Source of the DNA: the human T2T-CHM13v2.0 reference genome, Homo sapiens
Assembly (NCBI RefSeq): GCF_009914755.1
Contig: NC_060940.1
Direction: 5' to 3' (one strand)
DNA: 64,000 nt
Shown here: in pieces, positions 60,601 through 64,000 of the stretch
How the letters are laid out: each line of letters begins with the position of its first letter
How positions within the stretch are numbered: position 1 is the first letter of the stretch
The notes under the pieces: generated by a model
The model's input: the letters and a program-made list of their open reading frames with translations, nothing else
Told to the model about the DNA's origin: nothing
The model's database searches: none
Translations under genes and position numbers: made by a program

Positions 60601-62117
60601 AGCGTCATCACCGTCAAAGTCATAGGCCGTTGTTCCAGGGTTAAGCCCTACCAAGTTAAAGCTATAAAAACGTAATCTATCTATCTTTTTTCTTTTCTTC
60701 CCTTTAACTACTTCCTATCTTATTAATATAACTAAATCTAACTCACCTCAAGTTACTACTTTTAATGCCTGTTTAGTTATCACTCCTCCCAGACACAAAA
60801 ACAAGACCAAAGTCTCTACAGTAAAAATAAAAAACCTAAAGCAAACAATAACAATTAAAACAGGATATCAAAATGTAAATGGCTGGTTAAAATAAATTAA
60901 ATATTTCATCTGCATCTAAATAAAAGTGACCGTTAAACACGTGTGCATGGTAGGCTAGAGGCCCAGGTTGTCCCCTTTCCACTCAAATAGTCCTCTAATC
61001 AACAAAACATGGACTACATGGTAGCTCCTTTTCAAAATCCTACAGCCTGAGATAATAAACTGTGTCAAACGCTCTCGCTACTATTTCCTAAAATGCAGTA
61101 CCCTGCGGGTCAGCCCCCAAGGGCCATCTAGCCTCCATCTTCCAAGACCAATTTTACCTGGTGTCTCCAACAACAAGGGAAAAATTTAGTGTTCCTTGAA
61201 AACTTAATGCAGTGAAGTCAGGCACTTCCAAGAGCTGACCCATCAATCCCCCCTTATTCATCACCAAACAGGTATGTAATAATATTGTAGAAGACCTTTA
61301 CTGAACACTCTGCCAAATAATTAAAGCAATATTTGTGCTCTAGTTCAATTGGCTATCCCTTTTACCGTGGCATTTCACCAACCAGAAAAACTTTTTCTTT
61401 TAAAAACTCAAGCAAAACAGCTAAACCAAAACATGTTAAAAAATTTTAAAGAAAAAAAGCTATAAAATCAAAAGGAAGGAATTGCAGAAAGTAAAAAGTT
61501 TCCTCTTCAAAGTTTCCATTCTTGTTACAGGATAAATAAGTGTTAGAAATAATAGTTTCTTTTAAAGACTAATTTCTTTCAAGCCTCCTTACTTTGTGCT
61601 AATAACTCTTTGTTTAAGCCCTATCCTATGTAGCTGTTAAACATGCTCACAGGCACATAGTACATTCTATGTCCTTGTGCCTTAACGGAAATACCTGTCC
61701 TGGATGTGCTCACAGGCATGTCCCAGCTCACAGCCTGTCACTTCCTTATTTAGGAATGTTATTACTTTTCTAAGTCCTTTCATAAACAACTTCCTCTTTT
61801 CATTTATCTTTCCATTGCTTTTACCTGTTTAAAAAATTTTAAGTTATTAGCCAATCAGGTTTTAATTTAAATTATGAAGTCTGTCTCCAGCCAATAAAAA
61901 CAGGACACAAGAGCAGGGACAAGCTACATAAAAAATAAAAATTGCTTCCCTCCCTTGTTCAAATGTGCTCTTGCCATTGTTCCATCTGCAAGGAGCACCC
62001 TTTCTGCAGAAAGTAAAATTTCCTTGCTAAAAAAACCTTTTTGTCTAAATGCTAATTTTTCCTTACATGACCGAAAAACAAGCATTCTGTTTCTAAATAA
62101 ACGTCTTACCTATAACA
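57694..62117 (+). mobile_element. Internally deleted HERV-I-group provirus (LTR10E-like LTRs, HERVIP10-type interior)
   Basis: 5'LTR 57694-58331 and 3'LTR 61483-62117; 5-bp TSD TATAC on both sides; tRNA-Ile-type PBS TGGTGGCCCATAC at 58335-58347; PPT at 61470-61481; env relic near 60800-61390. Confidence 0.93.
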
Positions 62118-63185
62118 TATACCATTACAAAATTACAAATATCCTTTCGAACATCTGTAAATTTATGTGCTCATGATATTAAAATTTATATTTTTATCTG
62201 AAAATAGTTATAATTCAGTGAGACACAAGAACAAAATTATGAGAGAGTTATCTACATCATTGAGAAAATCCTCCTGCCACTACCAACGTAAGTCGTGATC
62301 ACTCACTTTTACTAAAGCTGAGAAACATCCATTTGCCCAGCGGAGTCCTGGAGTGAGTCTGTGTGTGTGGATGGTGGTCCCTGAGACTTGGTTATAAAGA
62401 AGGGATACTGTCAGCTCGTCTCCCTCCAGGCCCATAACTGTCATGTCACCTGTAGAAGCAGGACAGCCCTGGCCTCGAGATTATTGGAAAGGGGAGCAAC
62501 AAAAGGAAAAACTGAACACATTTAATTCCTGGAAAAGATCAGTGTAGGACAGATGGGTTTCAAACTTTAACGTGTGCAAGCTTGTTTTCTTAGGTAATTT
62601 TGCCCAGGAGGGTTGTCTGGTCTCAGTTATTGCCAATAAAGTAGAAGCAATAACTATAGTTTCAAACTTTGTTTAATTTCTGTGTTGCTTTACCAAACAT
62701 CCTTGCTAACTGAAGAAATTTCTGGGGGCCTTCACACATGGTCCCCAGTTGTCCCTACGTTTCAATATTACAGGTAGTCTATGTAAAACTTTTTTGGGAA
62801 TGAAGAAAATGCCCCCTGCACCAGGCTTACATAGCGCTTACAGTGAAGTTGTTTCTACTTACAGGGATGTTTAACTACACAGTCAGCATGAGAGCATGTG
62901 GAATAAAATGATTAACACATTCTTAGCAACTGACAACTTTTATTTGCTTCTGAGACACCACCAACCACACCTATGTTATAACTAGTGCTAACTTTAACCT
63001 TGATCATGATTGCCACATTTGGAGTTACACTTTCTTAATCAAACATCATCTGATACTGAAGTGGTGACTTCTCACGCACTTAATCTATAGATTTTCCCCC
63101 AAGGCACCAGTTCTGAATATGTTTGAGTTCATGCTGGTGTACCTCTCATGTGCCATATCTGAGGCTCTAACAAATAAACTCTCCA

Positions 63186-63495
63186 GGCCGGGCACGGTGG
63201 CTCATGCCTGCAATCCCAGCCCTTTGGGAGGCCAAGGCAGGCGGATCACTTCAGGTCAGGAGTTTGAGACCAGCTGGCCAATACGGTGAAACCCCGTCTC
63301 TACTAAAAACACGGAAATTAGCCAGGCATCGTGGCAGGCACCTGGAATCCCAGCTATTCAGGAAGCTGAGGCAGAAGAATCACTCAAACCCAGGAGGCAG
63401 AGGTTGCAGTGAGCTGAGATCGGGCCACTGCACTCTAGGCTGGGCAACAGAGCGAGATTCTGTCTCAAAAATTAAAATAAAATAAAATACAAAAT
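63186..63495 (+). mobile_element. Alu (S-like)
   Basis: Full dimer with A-rich tail. Confidence 0.95.
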
Positions 63496-63714
63496 AAACT
63501 TTCCATTCAGCTGCAGTCAGGACCACTTGATCCCCAGACTTCTACTGTCTTCAGTGACAATTCTCCCTGTCATCTTAAACCCAGCTGCCATCACTATGAC
63601 GTTGGTGCTCAATCCAGTCAGTGTCCTTAGGTCTTGATTTATTTTCCTTCTCTGAAGCTTTTCAATTACTTCTTTATAAATTATTTTGTCTGATGCTCAC
63701 AGAAAAAGCCTGCC

Positions 63715-63950
63715 TAATAAGAACCCTATACCCACAAAAACTAGCTATTAAAAATGAAGGTTAAATAAAAACATTTTATGTAAATAAAAACTGATACAAT
63801 TTGTTGCTAGCCAACTGACCTTATGAAAAAATGGCAAAAGAAGTTTTTCAGGCTGAAAGCAAGTAAATCCAGACAATAATTTGAATGCATAAGAAAGACA
63901 AAGCACACACTAGCAAAACTAATTACATAATTATAAGACAGTGTAAGTGA
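63715..63950 (+). mobile_element. Old L1M ORF1 C-terminal fragment
   Basis: aagaaccctatacccacaaaaacta..aaaaatgaaggttaaataaaaacattt..aagaagtttttcaggctgaa. Confidence 0.55.
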
Positions 63951-64000
63951 ATTTATTTATTTATTTATTTATTTGCACATGAATAAATTCTTTAGTGGCG

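Overview
Hominoid genomic DNA (Alu, L1PA and SVA are present; probably human). From memory it matches the 16p11.2 VN1R3 / PPP2CB-pseudogene region, but I could not check this. I found no intact host protein-coding gene. Gene relics: an intron-containing four-exon FRG2-family pseudogene (+, 1.9-3.6 kb), a FAM90A-type zinc-knuckle exon (-, 0.7-0.9 kb), a decayed V1R pseudogene (-, 11-11.8 kb), a 5'-truncated processed PPP2CB pseudogene (+, 15.2-16.7 kb) and a frameshifted VN1R3 (-, 17.3-18.2 kb). A CpG island with strong splice donors lies at 28.7-29.7 kb. Most of the rest is transposon-derived: about 30 Alus, nested L1s, an SVA, MER75, MaLR LTRs, solo LTR10C and LTR22, and a G-to-A hypermutated LTR10E/HERV-I-type provirus. 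The most interesting signal is three double-homeobox (DUX-type) motifs within 61 bp (1276-1336), lying between the divergently oriented FAM90A-like and FRG2-like relics. This may be a fossil DUX-driven (cleavage-stage) bidirectional module next to a V1R cluster. Family and subfamily names come from recalled sequences, not database searches, and repeat boundaries are approximate.
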